The notes beneath the pieces are model-generated. The model did no database searches. It worked only from the letters and a program-made list of their open reading frames with translations, and had not been told where the DNA came from. 53,308 nucleotides of DNA from Ferruginibacter sp. (GTDB taxonomy: Bacteria; Bacteroidota; Bacteroidia; Chitinophagales; Chitinophagaceae), in contig JACMPR010000160.1 of the NCBI GenBank assembly GCA_014377385.1, positions 1 to 53,308 on the forward strand, in the 5' to 3' direction. The stretch's first letter is position 1, and the number at the start of each line of letters is the position of its first letter. The translations under genes and the position numbers were made by a program. Below, in pieces: positions 50,919 through 53,308 of this stretch.

Positions 50919-51407
50919 ATGACCTTTCATTTTGAGAATATGAGATGTTTCTTTTTATCCGTCATTTCCTGCTTGGTCCTTTTTATTTCCTGCAGGCAAA
51001 TCGATGTATTTGAGAAAAACACCACGATCCCACATTACAAATGGGATAACGCCTACAAAGCTGAAGGGGATTTTGTTATCTCTGATACGGTGTCGGCCTA
51101 CAATCTTTTTATCGTGCTCCGGCATTTGGATGCCTATAAGTACAATAATATATGGCTAAACATTGGCTTACAAAGCCCTGGCGATACAATGTATTTTCAA
51201 AAAGTCAACCTTTCACTTGGTACAGATGCAAATGGATGGGACGGCAGTGGTATGAACGATATATGGGAAGTCAGGAAACTTATCAATGGCCAGCCAAGAA
51301 GATTTATAAAAAAGGGATCATACAAATTCAGCATGAGCCAGGTGATGCGGGATAACCCGCTTCCAAATATTATGAGCGCAGGATTAAGAATTGAAAAGGC
51401 CCGGTAA
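50919..51407 (+). CDS. gldH: Gliding motility lipoprotein GldH
   Basis: Lipobox FISC; W, LRH...Y.YNNIWL, G.W.GSG, G.Y.F...Q.MR..PL and GLRIEK; alternative start 50940. Confidence 0.88.
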   Translation: MTFHFENMRCFFLSVISCLVLFISCRQIDVFEKNTTIPHYKWDNAYKAEGDFVISDTVSAYNLFIVLRHLDAYKYNNIWLNIGLQSPGDTMYFQKVNLSLGTDANGWDGSGMNDIWEVRKLINGQPRRFIKKGSYKFSMSQVMRDNPLPNIMSAGLRIEKAR

Positions 51408-51560
51408 AAGTTTATTTTTTTAACAGCTGCCTCACACCATAATTTAAATGTGTACGTTATTAAAAAACATTACTTTATTTTCATAGTGTTTTACCGGAAT
51501 TCTCAGGGTTAATATATCTTTACGACGTTTTTAAAACAACACCACATAAAACTCTTACAC

Positions 51561-52412
51561 GTGAATCGTAAAATTCTTTTCGTTTTAATACTGGCGGGCG
51601 CCTCTCTAACTTCGGTGGCACAGGATTATAGTTATACACAGCAAGGTGAGTTTGGTATCACGGCGGGTGCCGCTCACTATTTTGGAGACCTCAATACAAG
51701 GGCAGGATTAAACAGGGTTAAACCAGCCATAGGCGTTTTTTTCAGGAAGCAATTTGGGAATTATGTGGGGATGCGTGTTGCAGCTCATTATGCCCAGTTA
51801 GGGTACAGTGACAGCTACAGCAAAAATGAATATCAAAAAACAAGGAACCTCAGTTTTAATTCTAATATTTTTGAACTAGGCATACAGGGTGATTTCAATT
51901 TTTTCAAATTTGTTCCGGGTGACCCTGTTTACAATTTTACACCATATGTTACACTGGGGGTGGGCGTTTTCACCTATGACCCTTACGCATATCTGGATGG
52001 GCAAAAATATTTTTTGAGACCACTTGGTACTGAAGGACAGGTTGCCAACTTTCCCGGCAGGAAGGAATATAGCACCATGGCTGTAGCAATTCCGTTTGGT
52101 ATTGGCATTAAATACAGTATCAATGAAAAAGTGAACATATCATTTGAAGTAGCACAGAGGTTTACGACAACAGATTACCTCGACGATGTAAGTACCACTT
52201 ATGTAGGGGCCGATAAATTTCCAAATGGTCCCAACGGTGTGCGTTCACCTGCTTTCTATTTGCAGGACAGGTCTTATGAGATCCGCCCGGATAATGTAAT
52301 CGGCGTTCAGGGAGCACAACGGGGCTGGAGTAAGCAAAAAGATCAGTATGTAATTGCCGAGATAGGTATTTCATTTAATTTTGGAACTTACCGATGCCCT
52401 ACAGCGAATTAA
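51561..52412 (+). CDS. porG: PorG/DUF6089-like outer-membrane beta-barrel
   Basis: GTG start and signal peptide; Y.GDL, RNLSF.S.I.E, L.PLGTEGQ and R.T.TDYLDDVS; lies upstream of uppS. Confidence 0.75.
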   Translation: MNRKILFVLILAGASLTSVAQDYSYTQQGEFGITAGAAHYFGDLNTRAGLNRVKPAIGVFFRKQFGNYVGMRVAAHYAQLGYSDSYSKNEYQKTRNLSFNSNIFELGIQGDFNFFKFVPGDPVYNFTPYVTLGVGVFTYDPYAYLDGQKYFLRPLGTEGQVANFPGRKEYSTMAVAIPFGIGIKYSINEKVNISFEVAQRFTTTDYLDDVSTTYVGADKFPNGPNGVRSPAFYLQDRSYEIRPDNVIGVQGAQRGWSKQKDQYVIAEIGISFNFGTYRCPTAN

Positions 52413-52458
52413 TTTCGATATGAATTATAGATATTAAGGTAACCAAAAACTCCTCATT

Positions 52459-52490
52459 TGCCTCTACTTGTAAAAGTGGAGGCATTTTTT
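52459..52490 (+). terminator. Intrinsic terminator
   Basis: tgcctctactt-gtaa-aagtggaggcatttttt. Confidence 0.75.
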
Positions 52491-52619
52491 ATCCTATCCA
52501 ATCCGGTCGCAGGTATATTAAAAGATTAAGATTACAATGAATTCAGGTATTCTGCTAAATTTTATTACTTTTGCAGCCCAAAGTCAGGCCCTGTGCCTGA
52601 CTACTCATTTTATTCATTC

Positions 52620-53308
52620 ATGATTTCAAAAGAAACGATAGATGTCCAGCGGTTGCCGAAACACATCGCTATTATCATGGATGGTAATGGCCGATGGGCC
52701 CAGGAAAAGGGAGAAGACCGACTTTTTGGACACCTGCATGGAGTAGAAAGCGTACGAAATATCGTTGAAGCTGCGGCAGAATTGGGCGTTCAATACCTTA
52801 CTTTATACGCGTTTAGTACCGAAAATTGGGACCGCCCTGAGTACGAGGTCACCGGCCTGATGGAACTGCTTGTAGACACAATAAAGAAGGAAGTTCCCAC
52901 ACTCAATAAAAATAACATCAAACTCCACGTAATTGGCGATACAGGAATGCTACCGGAATTTGCCCGGCAGGAACTTGCCGAAGCCATGAGTGAAACAGCC
53001 GGCAACACCGGTTTAAACCTTGTAATGGCACTTAGTTATAGCAGCAGGTGGGAATTGACGAATGCTGTTAGAAATATTGCTATAGCTGTAAAGCAGGGTA
53101 CAATAGATCCGGCTGAAATTACACAGGAAACGCTGCAAAGCCACCTTACTACGAAAGATTTTCCTGACCCCGAACTAATGATCAGGACAAGCGGAGAATT
53201 TAGGGTAAGTAATTTTTTATTATACCAGCTCGCTTATGCCGAGTTGTATTTTACCAATACCCGCTGGCCAGACTTTCGTAAAGAAAATCTTTACGAGGCC
53301 ATTTTAGA
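52620..53308 (+). CDS. uppS: Undecaprenyl diphosphate synthase (3'-truncated; absent from the ORF track)
   Basis: Manual translation gives MISKETIDVQRLPKHIAIIMDGNGRWA...GH..G...LTLYAFSTENWDRP...ALSYSSRWE...DPELMIRTSGEFRVSNFLLYQLAYAEL; TACTTTTG promoter at 52566. Confidence 0.96.
   Translation, partial: MISKETIDVQRLPKHIAIIMDGNGRWAQEKGEDRLFGHLHGVESVRNIVEAAAELGVQYLTLYAFSTENWDRPEYEVTGLMELLVDTIKKEVPTLNKNNIKLHVIGDTGMLPEFARQELAEAMSETAGNTGLNLVMALSYSSRWELTNAVRNIAIAVKQGTIDPAEITQETLQSHLTTKDFPDPELMIRTSGEFRVSNFLLYQLAYAELYFTNTRWPDFRKENLYEAIL

Noticed and set aside
1-53308. tRNA, rRNA, IS/transposase, integrase, prophage or known defence genes
   Set aside because: None recognised by eye; tRNAscan, Rfam and DefenseFinder were not run.

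Overview
Bacterial chromosomal segment from the phylum Bacteroidota, most likely Chitinophagaceae. The phylum call rests on gldH, a PorG-like barrel next to uppS, a T9SS C-terminal domain, TAnnTTTG-type promoters and AT-rich leaders without Shine-Dalgarno sequences; the family call is a weaker inference from gene style. It holds about 38 protein-coding genes. These include ackA-xfp (phosphoketolase pathway), a ~2000-aa T9SS-secreted M36 metalloprotease, a CHASE3/6xPAS HisKA_3 kinase with NarL/UvrY-type and single-domain response regulators, and a long-chain acyl-CoA ligase. Further along are serC with DUF922 and DUF1015, an S1/P1-type nuclease, a TetR-TolC-MFP-RND efflux operon, an M16 peptidase, pheS, OmpA and lipocalin lipoproteins, an lpxD homologue, yicC, gldH, porG-like and a partial uppS. 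I saw no rRNA, tRNA, CRISPR array, transposase or integrase. The accessory-looking part is about 3.2-7.3 kb. Its best candidate for an undescribed system is a highly basic 241-aa orphan gene (3819-4544) preceded by a two-armed array of degenerate 11-bp units in strict helical phase (3482-3584). Other notable items are a split secreted-protein gene with a -1 slippery heptamer, decayed palindromic repeats, a candidate ~70-nt standalone sRNA (49690-49759), a GacA-box-like site and probable leaderless transcripts. All family assignments come from motif recognition by eye, not database searches.
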